Notes: generated by a model from the sequence alone, not told the origin. A DNA stretch of 64,000 nt from an uncultured Gemmatimonadales bacterium (GCA_963739455.1 CAVUAK010000001.1:896001-960000), one strand, 5' to 3'; shown: positions 39,872 to 49,812, numbered from the stretch's first letter. Made by a program: numbers and translations.

Positions 39872-40822
39872 CTATTGAATCCCTACGTCAAACGTTCCCT
39901 CCGTCACCACGAGCGGGGCGGTCGCCGGCTTACCCGGCTGCGGCTGGAGCGTCCCGCTGAAGGTGCCCTGCACCCGGTCTGCGGTGATGCTCGTGACCGT
40001 GATGGTGCCCGCATCACCGCCCGCATTCAGTCCCCAGCAGCAGTGCTGCGCATCGCCACCGTTCCTGCCCACGATGAGTACCCTGAGTGGTACGACATCC
40101 GAGATGGCGTAGGTGCCGGTCGCGGTGATTCCCTCGAGCTCCATTGAAAGGGCATTGTCCTGGGTGGAGGTGGAGAACCTGAATCCCGCGCCGCCGGTGC
40201 GATCCGTCAGCAGCCCGTTCACCGACCAGGCATTGTAGAGCTGACCGTTGAGCTTGGCGGTCACCTTGCTCCCCTGGTTCGCGGGCAGTGTCGACAGGGT
40301 GCCGGTCATTGCTAGGTCGAACTGGCCATTCGTCACCGTCCGGTCGCCGAGCACGACATTGTCGTCACTTGCCTCACCGGTGAATGAGAACGTTCCCTTC
40401 ACCCGACCGCCGCTCACCTGCGTCAGTGTCGCGGTACCGGCCACACCGGTGTTCGGAGTGGACCAGATGTCGGCGTCACCCCCGCCGGTTCCCTCCCCAG
40501 TCGAGGCGCGACCACCGTAGACGTCGGACCCGACGCCCAGCGCGTAGGTCCCCGGGCCGCGCACATTGTAGAACGTGAGGGTGATGCTGCGATTTACCCC
40601 GCCGGCGTTATCGCTGCCGACGATGATGATCGTTCCCGGCACGCCGGCATTTGCGGCAGCCGAGATCGAGATCGGCGTCGCTTCCCATGCGCTCCCGGCG
40701 ACGACTGCGGTGAAACCTGACCCGCCCCCACCGCCACCGCCACCGTCATCACCTCCATCACCACCGCACGCGGCTGCCACCGCCGTAAGCATCGCAATTC
40801 CAAACCGCCGTGTATGACGCAT
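39872..40822 (-). CDS. Lipoprotein with two tandem homologous beta domains
   Basis: Lipobox AAAC, poly-Gly linker; twin motifs GTYA.. / GT.T.T....RV.GTFS / VT.G.FD. Confidence 0.75.
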   Translation of the reverse strand: MRHTRRFGIAMLTAVAAACGGDGGDDGGGGGGGGSGFTAVVAGSAWEATPISISAAANAGVPGTIIIVGSDNAGGVNRSITLTFYNVRGPGTYALGVGSDVYGGRASTGEGTGGGDADIWSTPNTGVAGTATLTQVSGGRVKGTFSFTGEASDDNVVLGDRTVTNGQFDLAMTGTLSTLPANQGSKVTAKLNGQLYNAWSVNGLLTDRTGGAGFRFSTSTQDNALSMELEGITATGTYAISDVVPLRVLIVGRNGGDAQHCCWGLNAGGDAGTITVTSITADRVQGTFSGTLQPQPGKPATAPLVVTEGTFDVGIQ

Positions 40823-40956
40823 AGCCAGCTCCCTGGGAGTGGACCGGCCACCCGGAAGGGATGGCTCCAGCTAGCATTGCGTAAAGCAGGGTGGGAAACC
40901 GTCACTTGACTGACGGACCGCGGCCCGCCAACGTCACGAACCTGGAGGAGACACTG

Positions 40957-41358
40957 ATGCCCAAGAGCGACGAGCAGGCGACCGGGAAGGAAGCCTCCCG
41001 GCTCATCGACCGGCGGATCAAGGAGCTGGAAGGGTGGCGTGGGGAGACGCTGGCCCGCATGCGGGCGCTGATCCTCGAGGCCGACCCCGAGGTGACCGAG
41101 GAGTGGAAGTGGGGCGGCCCGGTCTGGTCGCGCAACGGAATCATCTGCACCGGTGAGTCCTACACGAAGGTCGTGAAGCTCACCTTCGCGAAGGGCGCCA
41201 GCGTGCCCGATCCATCGGGCCTCTTCAACTCCAGCCTGGAAGGAAAGACGCGCAGGGCACTCGACGTCCCGGAAGGTGTGAAGGTTGACGCGCGTGCGTT
41301 CAAGGCGCTCGTGAAGGCTGCGGTGGCCCGGAATGGCACGCCGGAAAAGAAGCGGTAA
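40957..41358 (+). CDS. DUF1801 (YdhG-like) protein
   Basis: RBS GGAGG; WRGETLARMR, EEWKW..PVW, VKLTFAKGA, FNSSLEG. Confidence 0.9.
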   Translation: MPKSDEQATGKEASRLIDRRIKELEGWRGETLARMRALILEADPEVTEEWKWGGPVWSRNGIICTGESYTKVVKLTFAKGASVPDPSGLFNSSLEGKTRRALDVPEGVKVDARAFKALVKAAVARNGTPEKKR

Positions 41359-41770
41359 GGCCGGCGCCGCCCTCGCGGGCGGTAACCCGCGCATCGCAAA
41401 GGCGGACGGCGACGCGCCGGTTCAGGCCTACATAGCCGCGATGCCGGGCTGGAGGCGCGATGTCGGCGAACGCCTGGATGCGCTGATCGTGCGGAATGTG
41501 CCCGGGGTGTGCAAGGCGGTGAAATGGAATTCACCATTGTACGGCATCGAGGGCCAGGGCTGGTTCCTGTCGTTCCACACCTTCACCAGCTACGTCAAGG
41601 TGGCCTTCTTCCGCGGTACGTCGCTGCAGCCAGTGCCGCCCGGTGCCAGCAAGAGCAAGGAGACGCGCTACGTGGACATTCACGAAGGCGAGCTCGACGA
41701 GGCACAGGTGGCGAGATGGGTGAGGCAGGCCGCTGCGCTGCCCGGCTGGATTTTCGGTCGGTCGTCCTGA
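41333..41770 (+). CDS. DUF1801 protein
   Basis: GGNPRIAKADGDAPVQAYI, KAVKWNSP.YG, KVAFFRG. Confidence 0.88.
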   Translation: MARRKRSGKAGAALAGGNPRIAKADGDAPVQAYIAAMPGWRRDVGERLDALIVRNVPGVCKAVKWNSPLYGIEGQGWFLSFHTFTSYVKVAFFRGTSLQPVPPGASKSKETRYVDIHEGELDEAQVARWVRQAAALPGWIFGRSS

Positions 41771-41801
41771 GTAATAGCCAGCAGGAGTGTGACGAGTACT
41801 G

Positions 41802-42614
41802 ATGCGCAACGATCCCTTTCTTGCCCACATCCGCCTGCATCCGATCAAGTCCCTCGATGGCCTATCTGTCGCCGAGTCCCGCATCGGTCCTGCTGGAGGC
41901 CTGGAGCTGGATCGTGCCTGGGCACTCTTCGCGGACGATGGCCGTTGTATCAATGGCAAGAGTACGCCCGTGCTTCACCTCATTCGCGCCACCTTCACGC
42001 CGGACTTGAGCTCCGTCACGTTGTCGACACGCGACGATACGCGAAGCATCGCGCCCCGGGAAATCAGCTTTCCTGGAGATGCTCCCGCAGCGTCGGACTG
42101 GCTCAGCCGGTACCTCGACCGTTCCGTGACCGTGCGCTACTCCGCCGACGGCTTTCCGGACGACACGATTCGGAATGGCCCCATGGTTATCTCGACGGCG
42201 ACGCTCCGGGCCGTCGCCGACTGGTTTCCCGGCATGGACCTCGAAGAGTGTCGCCGCCGCTTTCGCGCGCCCCTCGAGATCGGGGGTGTGCCCGCCTTCT
42301 GGGAGGACCGGCTGTTCCGCGAGGACGAAAGCAACGCCGTGCCCTTCACCGTCGGCGAGGTCAGCGCAGAGGGGACCAATCCCTGCCCTCGCTGCGCCGT
42401 TCCTGCCCGCGAGTCGCTCAGCGGACACCCCGTGACCGGGTTCCAGAAGCGCTTCAGCGAGCTTCGCCATGCCCACTTGCCTGCCTGGGCCCGCGCCTCC
42501 GACCGCATTACCCACTTCTACACCCTGGGCATCAACACGCGGGTCGCGCCGAGCGAGCATGGCAAGCGCCTGCGTGTGGGTGATCCAGTTACCTGCCTCG
42601 ACGAAGTCATCTAG
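41802..42614 (+). CDS. MOSC domain protein
   Basis: HPIKSLDG, DRAWAL, RRFRA.LEI.G..AFWED, PCPRCAVP. Confidence 0.88.
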   Translation: MRNDPFLAHIRLHPIKSLDGLSVAESRIGPAGGLELDRAWALFADDGRCINGKSTPVLHLIRATFTPDLSSVTLSTRDDTRSIAPREISFPGDAPAASDWLSRYLDRSVTVRYSADGFPDDTIRNGPMVISTATLRAVADWFPGMDLEECRRRFRAPLEIGGVPAFWEDRLFREDESNAVPFTVGEVSAEGTNPCPRCAVPARESLSGHPVTGFQKRFSELRHAHLPAWARASDRITHFYTLGINTRVAPSEHGKRLRVGDPVTCLDEVI

Positions 42615-42669
42615 AGGCGCCTGGGCGCTGCGCCATGGCGCAACGCATTCGGGACGCATATCTCTAAGC

Positions 42670-42939
42670 ATGAGCCAAAACAAGAAGACCGTGCAGGCTT
42701 ACATGGATGCGTTTGGCCTCTCCGATCACCCACGGATCCTGGATTGCCTCACCGATGATGTCGAGTGGGTGATCCCTGGCGCCTTCCACCTGCATGGAAA
42801 GGTGGAGTTCGACCGGGAGATCGAGAACGAAGCTTTTGTCGGCCGGCCCGCCATTGCGGTCACGCGACTAGGCGCTCGCATCCGTCGGCTGACGTCGTAC
42901 TTGATGGAAATGCCCGAGGGCGCCACCGGACTCACATGA
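42670..42939 (+). pseudogene. SnoaL/NTF2-like protein with an apparent in-frame internal deletion
   Basis: N-terminal NKKTVQAYMDAF..CLTDDVEW joins directly to C-terminal IRRLTSYL; central strands missing. Confidence 0.6.
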
Positions 42940-42955
42940 AAGGAGTGCTGACCTG

Positions 42956-43777
42956 ATGTCCACTGCACCTGCAAACCCGAACAAGGCACTCTGGGAGAAA
43001 GGCGATTTCACCCGAATCGCCGAAACCATGCGCGAGAGCGGGGAAGCGCTCGTACGGCGGATCGGTGTTACCAGGGGGCTCAAGGTGCTGGACCTGGGCT
43101 GCGGAGACGGCACCACGGCGTTGCCGGAAGCCCAGCTCGGTGCGGACGTGCTTGGCGTTGATATCGCGCGCAACCTGGTCGAGGCCGGCAACAGGCGCGC
43201 TGCGGAACATGGGCTGGCCAACTGCACCTTCCGCGAGGGCGATGCCACCAACCTGCAACCCATACCGGATGCGTCGTTCGACCTCGTGGTCAGCATCTTC
43301 GGGGCGATGTTCGCGCCGAAGCCGCTTGACGTCGCGAAGGAAATGGTGCGGGTGACGCGGCCGGGCGGGCGGATCGTGATGGGCAACTGGATTCCCGGTG
43401 ATCCCACGCTCGTGGCGCAGATCCTGAAGATCAGTGCCGCCTACACGCCGCCACCCCCCGAGGGGTTTATCAGTCCCATGACATGGGGCATCGAGAGTAA
43501 CGTGCTCGAGCGGTTTACCGCGGCAGGGATTCCGGGGGCGAATATCTCCTTCGAGCGGGACACCTTCATCTTCAACTTCGATGGCCCACCGGCGCAGTTC
43601 GTGGCGGCGTTCAGGGACTACTACGGGCCCACCATGAATGCCTTTGCCGCCGCCGAGGCGAATGGCCGGGCCGCCGACCTGCAGAAGGAACTGGAAGCGC
43701 TGTTCGCCAGCCAGAACACAAGTGCGACCGCCACGAGCATACCAGCCACCTTCCTGCGCGTTACGGTCGCGCGCTGA
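42956..43777 (+). CDS. Class I SAM-dependent methyltransferase
   Basis: VLDLGCGDG, GDA, FDLVVSIFGAMFAP, RPGG. Confidence 0.92.
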   Translation: MSTAPANPNKALWEKGDFTRIAETMRESGEALVRRIGVTRGLKVLDLGCGDGTTALPEAQLGADVLGVDIARNLVEAGNRRAAEHGLANCTFREGDATNLQPIPDASFDLVVSIFGAMFAPKPLDVAKEMVRVTRPGGRIVMGNWIPGDPTLVAQILKISAAYTPPPPEGFISPMTWGIESNVLERFTAAGIPGANISFERDTFIFNFDGPPAQFVAAFRDYYGPTMNAFAAAEANGRAADLQKELEALFASQNTSATATSIPATFLRVTVAR

Positions 43778-43794
43778 GCCCGGTCCCGGCCCGC

Positions 43795-44184
43795 CTACGG
43801 AACCACGCTGACGTTGGCGGACGCCTCATGATGGCCATTGTGGGTAGTGACCGTAATGAATACGCCCGAGCCTGCCGCTATCGCCGTCACGATGCCAGTG
43901 GCGCTGACGGCAACCACGCCGGGGTTCGTGGACTCCCAGGTGAGGGCCTGGTCGGTTGCGTTGGCTGGAGCCACCGTCGCCACCAGTTGCTTCGTTTCCC
44001 CAATGGCGACGAGGTGAACCGACTGGGGCACCAGCTTCACTCCAAGCACGGGCACGTTGCTTCCCGGCGGGTCCGGGTCGCCCGGCAGGTTTGGGTCGGG
44101 ATCGGCAGGCTGGCTCACGTAACTGCAGGCACTCGCGCTCAATACCAGCAGGACTAGCGTGGACCGTCGAACGGTGGAACGCAT
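43795..44184 (-). CDS. Lipoprotein with bacterial Ig-like (Big_2) domain
   Basis: Lipobox ASAC; LVATVAPANATDQALTWESTNP.VV.VSATG.VTA. Confidence 0.85.
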   Translation of the reverse strand: MRSTVRRSTLVLLVLSASACSYVSQPADPDPNLPGDPDPPGSNVPVLGVKLVPQSVHLVAIGETKQLVATVAPANATDQALTWESTNPGVVAVSATGIVTAIAAGSGVFITVTTHNGHHEASANVSVVP

Positions 44185-44305
44185 GGTGTCACTCCGTGAG
44201 TTGGCAAGCGGGGCTCCGTCGCGCTCCACTATTGTGCGCCCTGCCGTCAATTCCGGCCATGACTGAGCGTCCCGACTTCCTGCCCCGCGATCCCAAGGAG
44301 ACCCG

Positions 44306-44782
44306 ATGCGCAAGCTTGGTCCGGCTGCGGTCGCTGCACTGTCGCTCATCCTCCTGACCAGTTGTACGTCGAAGAAGGTTCACATGGACCCCGCCAGCAT
44401 GCGGGTGTTCGCCACGCGATACACCGCGGCGTGGAGTGGACAGGACCCGGCGCGCGTGGCCGGATTCTTCGCCGAGGGTGGCTCCCTGAGTGTCAACGAC
44501 GCCGAACCAGCCGTGGGCCGGGCCGCCATCACTGAGGTGGCAAGGGGGTTCATGACCGCACTTCCCGACCTCGTGCTGGCAATGGACTCGCTCGAGGTGC
44601 ATGGCAGTCATGCGGTGTACGGGTGGACGCTCACCGGCACCAATACCGGACCGGGAGGCACCGGCAATCGGGTTCACATCTCCGGATACGAAGACTGGGC
44701 CATTGGTCCTGACGGCCTGATCGCCGAGTCGCAGGGGCATTTCGATGAGGCCGAGTACCGGCAGCAGTTGCGCGGTGAATGA
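44306..44782 (+). CDS. SnoaL-like lipoprotein
   Basis: LTSC lipobox; YTAAWS, WTLTGTNTGPGGTG, GLIAESQGHFD. Confidence 0.85.
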   Translation: MRKLGPAAVAALSLILLTSCTSKKVHMDPASMRVFATRYTAAWSGQDPARVAGFFAEGGSLSVNDAEPAVGRAAITEVARGFMTALPDLVLAMDSLEVHGSHAVYGWTLTGTNTGPGGTGNRVHISGYEDWAIGPDGLIAESQGHFDEAEYRQQLRGE

Positions 44783-44984
44783 GCCTCGCCCGGAATACCA
44801 TCTTCACGATGACTTCTCCCTCACCCCTGCGTATGTGCTGGGCTACGCCTTTCACGCTTTGGGAAGGGTCGACCAGGACACTCCGGCGCATGGTCGTCGT
44901 GGCGCCGTAGCGCGGTTGACTGAGCTGCTCACGACCAATAGTCGCCGAGCGACCGAGGGACACCGGCTAGTCACTGCGGCCGCC

Positions 44985-45480
44985 TCACACCGTCAGGGTG
45001 GCGAGCAGCTCGGCGAGACGGTCGAACGTCTCCGCGGCACCACTCTTCATGTCCGATTGCAGCAGCCCGTCTCGCGCTTCCTTCGACGGGAAGAGCATGT
45101 TCTCCACCAGTGTCGTCACTCCCGCCTTCTCGGTGAACACGTCGGTTACCAGCCCCGGGATGTTCCCGCGCCCCCTCCACGTCGTACACGAGCGTGTAGA
45201 CCAGGCGCTCCGGCGGCGTGATCTCCCTGTAGATCCCCGTGAACGGATTCTCGTGACCCCTGGGCCCGCGCGTGACATAGCGCCAGGCACCGCCGGGCCG
45301 GAGGTCGACGTCACACACCGTGAGCGTCGAGCCACGGAGCCCCCACCAGCGCTTCAGGTGCTCCGGCTTCACGAACATCTCGAACACCAGGCTGCGCGGC
45401 GCCTCGAAGTCGCGCGTGAGGACGATTTCCCGGTCCGAGGGAACCGACATCGTCATGGCGCCAATGGTCTCGATCATCAT
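44985..45480 (-). CDS. SRPBCC/AHSA1 protein (indel near 45160)
   Basis: REIVLTRDFEAPRSLVF, DLRPGG.WR, PERLVYT; other frame SKEARD..MKSG..FDRL. Confidence 0.88.
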
Positions 45481-45818
45481 GTTCCCTTTTTCCTCCCCTG
45501 AAGGTCCTTGAGGTACTCGTCGAGGCGTTCGAAGCTCTCCGACCGGAATTGCGCGAAGCTCGTGACCCAGTCGTGAATCGGCTGGAGTCCATCACCGTTG
45601 AGGGCATAGAGCCGCTGCTGGCCCGCGCCGCGCACCGTCACCAGGCCCACTTCCTTGAGGACTCGCAGGTGCTTCGACGCCTGCGGCTGGTGGACCTTGA
45701 GTGACCGCGCGAGCTCGTTCACAGACCGCTCCCGCTTCTGCAGCAGGGTCAGGATCTGGCGCCGCCGGGGTTCGGCGACGGCGTTGAAGACGTCCGAAGT
45801 GGTCGCTGCTCTTGCCAT
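45477..45818 (-). CDS. ArsR/SmtB family regulator
   Basis: FNAVAEPRRRQIL, QPQASKHLRVL. Confidence 0.92.
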   Translation of the reverse strand: MARAATTSDVFNAVAEPRRRQILTLLQKRERSVNELARSLKVHQPQASKHLRVLKEVGLVTVRGAGQQRLYALNGDGLQPIHDWVTSFAQFRSESFERLDEYLKDLQGRKKGT

Positions 45819-45824
45819 GGCTCC

Positions 45825-45852
45825 AGTATATGCCCATATCGGAATATGTCAA
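45825..45852 (-). promoter_or_regulatory. Sigma70 promoter and operator of the ArsR-SRPBCC pair
   Basis: TTGACA-16bp-TATACT-6nt-ATG; imperfect palindrome ATATGCC-N6-GGAATAT at 45828-45847. Confidence 0.7.
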
Positions 45853-45873
45853 GCGGGACGTTAGCGTGAGGTC

Positions 45874-46329
45874 ATGACCATCCTCATCCGGCCGGTCGCG
45901 GCCGCCGACTTTCCCCAGTGGCTCCCGCTCTGGGGCGGGTACAATGCCTTCTATGGTCGATCGGGCCCGACGGCGCTGCCACGCGATGTCACTGACGTGA
46001 CCTGGGCGCGGTTCCTCGACCCGGCCGAACCGATGCATGCGCTCGTCGCGGAGCGCGCGGGCGTGCTCCTCGGGCTGGCGCACTACCTGTTTCACCGCAA
46101 CACGATCCAGGTGCCGCCCACCTGCTACATGCAGGACCTCTTCACGGCGGAAGCGGCGAGGGGGAGGGGAGTTGGTCGCGCGCTGATCGAGGAAGTGGCG
46201 CGTGCGGCGGGCGCCGCCGGATCACCACGCATCTACTGGCAGACGCACGAGACGAACACCGTCGCGATGAAGCTTTATGACAGCGTAGCGGAGAAGTCGG
46301 GCTTCCTGGTGTACCGGAAATCCACCTAG
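45874..46329 (+). CDS. GNAT acetyltransferase
   Basis: CYMQDLFT, ARGRGVGRALI, YWQTHETN..A..LY. Confidence 0.92.
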   Translation: MTILIRPVAAADFPQWLPLWGGYNAFYGRSGPTALPRDVTDVTWARFLDPAEPMHALVAERAGVLLGLAHYLFHRNTIQVPPTCYMQDLFTAEAARGRGVGRALIEEVARAAGAAGSPRIYWQTHETNTVAMKLYDSVAEKSGFLVYRKST

Positions 46330-47081
46330 TAGAGCCAGGGAATCACGGACTTCCGCTCGCGCGGGTAGCCGGGGAACTGCTCCAGGTACCAGCGATGATG
46401 AGAGCGGGCCCTCGGCACCAGGTTCGCCGCCGACCAGAGGAAGAAGACGAGACCGGCCGGTGACCAGGTGAGCATCGCCCAGCCGAGCCACTCGACGAGT
46501 TCGCCGAGGTAGTTGGGGCAGGAGACCAGCCCGTAGCCGCCCCCATGGGGAATCTTGTAGCCGCGCTCGCCCGGGGCTCGGAGGCGGCGAAGAATGATGT
46601 CTGACTGCTGGTTGAGCGCGTACCCGCCGAGGAACAGGAGCACTCCCATGATGAACCTCGGATCGGTGAACCACTCGACTCCGCGCGCCGGACCCAGGGT
46701 GAAGATGCCGCGTCCCTGCAGGTATCCGTTCATCACGTTGAAGAGGAACGCCATCGCCACTACGCTCAGGGGCATGCGCAGCTGGCCACCCCGGAGCCGG
46801 AACGGATAGATGAATGCCCGGTAGACGTAGTGGAGGAGCCAGAGCAGGAGGAAGACCATCGCCACCGGGTCGCGGCGGCCCGACACCACGAAGCAGGCGA
46901 CGAATACGATCACCGCGGGCGACTCCATGATGACCCAGCCGGCAGTGCGATGAATGGTGGGTCCCCAGCCGGGCCGCGCATGTCGCCCGTATGGTGCCGT
47001 GAGGAACTGGAGCGCAATAAACACGCAGACGGCGACACCGGCCCACGCCATCAGCAGCCAGGAATAGACCTCACGCTCCAT
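46326..47081 (-). CDS. Steroid 5-alpha-reductase (SRD5A/DUF1295) family protein
   Basis: APYGRH, GW..MESP, HY.YRA, NGYLQG, YKIP.GG...VSCPNYLGE..EW, HRWY. Confidence 0.9.
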   Translation of the reverse strand: MEREVYSWLLMAWAGVAVCVFIALQFLTAPYGRHARPGWGPTIHRTAGWVIMESPAVIVFVACFVVSGRRDPVAMVFLLLWLLHYVYRAFIYPFRLRGGQLRMPLSVVAMAFLFNVMNGYLQGRGIFTLGPARGVEWFTDPRFIMGVLLFLGGYALNQQSDIILRRLRAPGERGYKIPHGGGYGLVSCPNYLGELVEWLGWAMLTWSPAGLVFFLWSAANLVPRARSHHRWYLEQFPGYPRERKSVIPWLY

Positions 47082-47159
47082 CAGTCCGGCCTCGAAGGGA
47101 GAGAGCACAATGTACCGTCATCTCAGCCCGCGGTTCATTCCGAAGGACCTCGACTAGCC

Positions 47160-47600
47160 ATGCAGCGCAGCGTCCATGACCGTATCCACCTCATCACGCA
47201 GCTCTCCGAGCTGCACCACACCGTCTATATCGAGTTCTACCCCGGCCCCTATCGCGACAAGTGCTGGTGCACCGACTCGGTGTTCCTCACCGAGGAAGCG
47301 TTCGCCTTCGTGGAGCCGATCTTCCGGCGGCACACGCCGCAGTACGACTACTACTCCTTCATGGAACTCCCGCGCATCAGTGGCGCCCAGGTCGTCGCCG
47401 AGCTGACGGGCCTCGTGCGGGCCATTCGGGGCGAGCCCCTGGTAGCGCCGCTCACGCCCAGTGCCGCCGAGGCGTTCGAGCGCATCGGCGCCGGCACCAG
47501 CGAGGAGCATCTCACGGTGGCAAGCCTGGCGGATCGGCTGGCGGACTGGCTGGAACGGGAGTATGCCGACGCCGAGGTTGTGTCCGTCCTCGGCCTCTAG
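47160..47600 (+). CDS. Hypothetical protein
   Basis: Strong coding bias; YIEF.PG, YDYYS, terminal VSVLGL. Confidence 0.7.
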   Translation: MQRSVHDRIHLITQLSELHHTVYIEFYPGPYRDKCWCTDSVFLTEEAFAFVEPIFRRHTPQYDYYSFMELPRISGAQVVAELTGLVRAIRGEPLVAPLTPSAAEAFERIGAGTSEEHLTVASLADRLADWLEREYADAEVVSVLGL

Positions 47601-47612
47601 CAGGGAAGGAGG

Positions 47613-48332
47613 TCAGCGCGCGGCGCGCCGCTTCACTGATGCACTCGTAATTTCCCGCAGGGCATGCTTTCCCACCCACTTCGCTGATGCGTCTGTGGAC
47701 AGCGCCAGGCGGCTGGCGGTCTTCGCCGCCGCGGCATTGAGTGCAGCGTTGCGCTTCCCGATGGCCCGGAGCGCCATGTTCACCGCCTTCATGACGAAGT
47801 TCCGGTCATCCACGGCCGCCTGCTCGATGAGCGCCAGGCCGCGGATGAACTGCTTGTCCGTCGCCGCCTTGTCGTGCACCGAGAGGCTCCAGAGCAGGGC
47901 GAACGCCGTGCGCTTGATGAACTCCTCCCGGCGACCTGCCCACTGCTCCACCTTGGTCCACGCATGCGGGGTCCGGTCCCACAGCGCGAATGCCAGCGTG
48001 TCGCAAATGGCCCAGTTGTCGAACTGGCGGCTCCAGCGATCCATCTGCGCTGACGTGACCCGCTCCGGCTCATCCACATAGGCGGTCAGCATGCGCGCCT
48101 CATACCAGCCGGTTTCCCAGAGTGCGGCGGCAAGAGCGTGGTCCCGCCCCAGTTGCTTCGCCAGCACCTGGATGTTCTTCATCGACACGCCAAAGGCCTT
48201 GTCGGACGGGACGTTGTAACGGGCCATCCCGTCGCGCGTCGCCTTGGTCGCATGGCTCCGGAGCCACGCGATCGCGTCATCCACCCGCTCCTTGAGCGGT
48301 CGCGCAACTTCCGGGGCCTGCTTAGGTGCCAT
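47613..48332 (-). CDS. AlkD-like DNA alkylation repair protein
   Basis: HALAAALWETGWYEAR, FDNWAICD, DDRNFV.KAVNMALRAIGKR. Confidence 0.9.
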   Translation of the reverse strand: MAPKQAPEVARPLKERVDDAIAWLRSHATKATRDGMARYNVPSDKAFGVSMKNIQVLAKQLGRDHALAAALWETGWYEARMLTAYVDEPERVTSAQMDRWSRQFDNWAICDTLAFALWDRTPHAWTKVEQWAGRREEFIKRTAFALLWSLSVHDKAATDKQFIRGLALIEQAAVDDRNFVMKAVNMALRAIGKRNAALNAAAAKTASRLALSTDASAKWVGKHALREITSASVKRRAAR

Positions 48333-48334
48333 CC

Positions 48335-48793
48335 TCAAGCCTCATCGTATGCCTTCTGCAATGCCGCCATGTCGATCTTGCTCATCGTGAGCATCGCGCT
48401 CATGGCGGCCTGTGCCTTCTTCGGGTCCTTGTCGCCGAGCAGCCGCGGGAGCAGCGACGGCACGACCTGCCAGGAGATGCCGTACTTGTCCCGGAGCCAG
48501 CCGCATCGATCCTGTACCCCGTTCTCACTCAGCTTGCTCCAGAACTCGTCCACCTCGGCCTGGGTCTCGCAGGTGATGAAGAACGAGATCGCCGGGGTGA
48601 ACTGGAACATGGGGCCACCGTTGAGCGCGAAGAAGTCCTCGCCGTCCAGGTTGAAGGTAGTGGAGAACACCGGCCCATCCTTGCCCTGCCGGTTGACGCT
48701 CAGGACCTTCGAGTTCTTGAAGATGCCGACATAGAAGTTCATGGCCTCTTCGGCCTTGCCGTCGAACCAGAGGAACGGGGTGATCTTCTGCAT
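48335..48793 (-). CDS. PhnB-like VOC protein
   Basis: QKITPFLWFDGKAEEA, LNGGP, CGWLRDKYGISWQVVP. Confidence 0.93.
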   Translation of the reverse strand: MQKITPFLWFDGKAEEAMNFYVGIFKNSKVLSVNRQGKDGPVFSTTFNLDGEDFFALNGGPMFQFTPAISFFITCETQAEVDEFWSKLSENGVQDRCGWLRDKYGISWQVVPSLLPRLLGDKDPKKAQAAMSAMLTMSKIDMAALQKAYDEA

Positions 48794-48909
48794 GATCGTG
48801 ATCCTTTCTCAGCTCGTCGCGTGTCGTGCGCGATAGATGGCGCCCGCCGGCCATGCGCATGGCAGGGCGGTGGCGGCGATGGCAATTGGATCGTACGGTT
48901 CGGCGGCGC

Positions 48910-49413
48910 TCACGCGGTGCCTCCGGCCGGAAGCGTCGCCATGAACTCCTCGAGCCGGTCGTAGCCCATCGCCATGCCTTCCTTCATTCCCGACTTCAGC
49001 ACCAAGTCACGCGCCTCGCGCGAGGCATAGCGCATTGTGTTGTCCACCGTGGTCCGGCCATTCCGTTCGATGAACACCGCCGTGCCGATCGCCTCGCCCC
49101 CTGTCCAGTCATGGTCGAAGATCTGCGCATCGACGATCCGCTCGCGCGGAACGATCTCGCGATACACCCCCGTCATCCCCATCTCCTCGCCGTCCGCGTT
49201 CTTCTTCCAGACATAGCGATAGCTGCCGCCCACCCTCAGGTCGATATCACAGACGAGGAACGACCATCCGTCGGGCCCGAAGAGCCAGCGGCGGACGAGT
49301 TCCGGCCTGGTGAAGCAGTCCCACACCAGGTGCTTCGGGGCGTCGAACTCGCGGACCAGCCTGACCTCGCGATCGCCCACGGTGGTGACCTGCAGCGTTC
49401 CGGTGAAGCTCAT
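48910..49413 (-). CDS. SRPBCC/AHSA1 protein
   Basis: REFDAP..LVW, DLRVGG.YRY, GMKEGM..GYDRL. Confidence 0.92.
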   Translation of the reverse strand: MSFTGTLQVTTVGDREVRLVREFDAPKHLVWDCFTRPELVRRWLFGPDGWSFLVCDIDLRVGGSYRYVWKKNADGEEMGMTGVYREIVPRERIVDAQIFDHDWTGGEAIGTAVFIERNGRTTVDNTMRYASREARDLVLKSGMKEGMAMGYDRLEEFMATLPAGGTA

Positions 49414-49423
49414 GTCCGTTCTC

Positions 49424-49777
49424 CTATCGCTTGGGGCGTCCGTGCTTCTTCTCTGCTGCCTTGAGTTCGTCGAGCAGGGTATCCAGGTGCTGAAACGATC
49501 CTTCCCAGAACCTGCGATACCGTTCGAGCCACACCGTCGCTTCAGCCAGCGGCTTAGGTTCGAGTTTCCGCGGTCGCCGCTGCGCGTCCTGACTCCGGGA
49601 AATGAGCCCCGCGCGTTCGAGCACCTTGAGGTGCTTCGAGATCGCTGGCTGGCTCATCGCAAACGGCTCGGCGAGCTCATTGACCGACGCCTCACCCGAT
49701 GCGAGCCGGGCAATGATCGCCCGTCGGGTGGGATCGGCCAGTGCGGCGAACGTGGCGTCGAGCCTGGCGGCGGTCAT
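49424..49777 (-). CDS. ArsR/SmtB family regulator
   Basis: LDATFAALADPTRRAI, SQPAISKHLKVLERAGLI. Confidence 0.93.
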   Translation of the reverse strand: MTAARLDATFAALADPTRRAIIARLASGEASVNELAEPFAMSQPAISKHLKVLERAGLISRSQDAQRRPRKLEPKPLAEATVWLERYRRFWEGSFQHLDTLLDELKAAEKKHGRPKR

Positions 49778-49796
49778 CCGGCCAGCGGCTGAGTGC

Positions 49797-49812
49797 ATAA
49801 CCATATGGTTAT
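49797..49812. promoter_or_regulatory. Perfect 16-bp palindromic operator
   Basis: ATAACCATATGGTTAT just upstream of the ArsR gene; TTGACG -35 on the minus strand at 49833-49838. Confidence 0.75.

Noticed and set aside
40721..40770. CCA/CCG tandem repeat
   Set aside because: Simply encodes the poly-Gly linker of the lipoprotein
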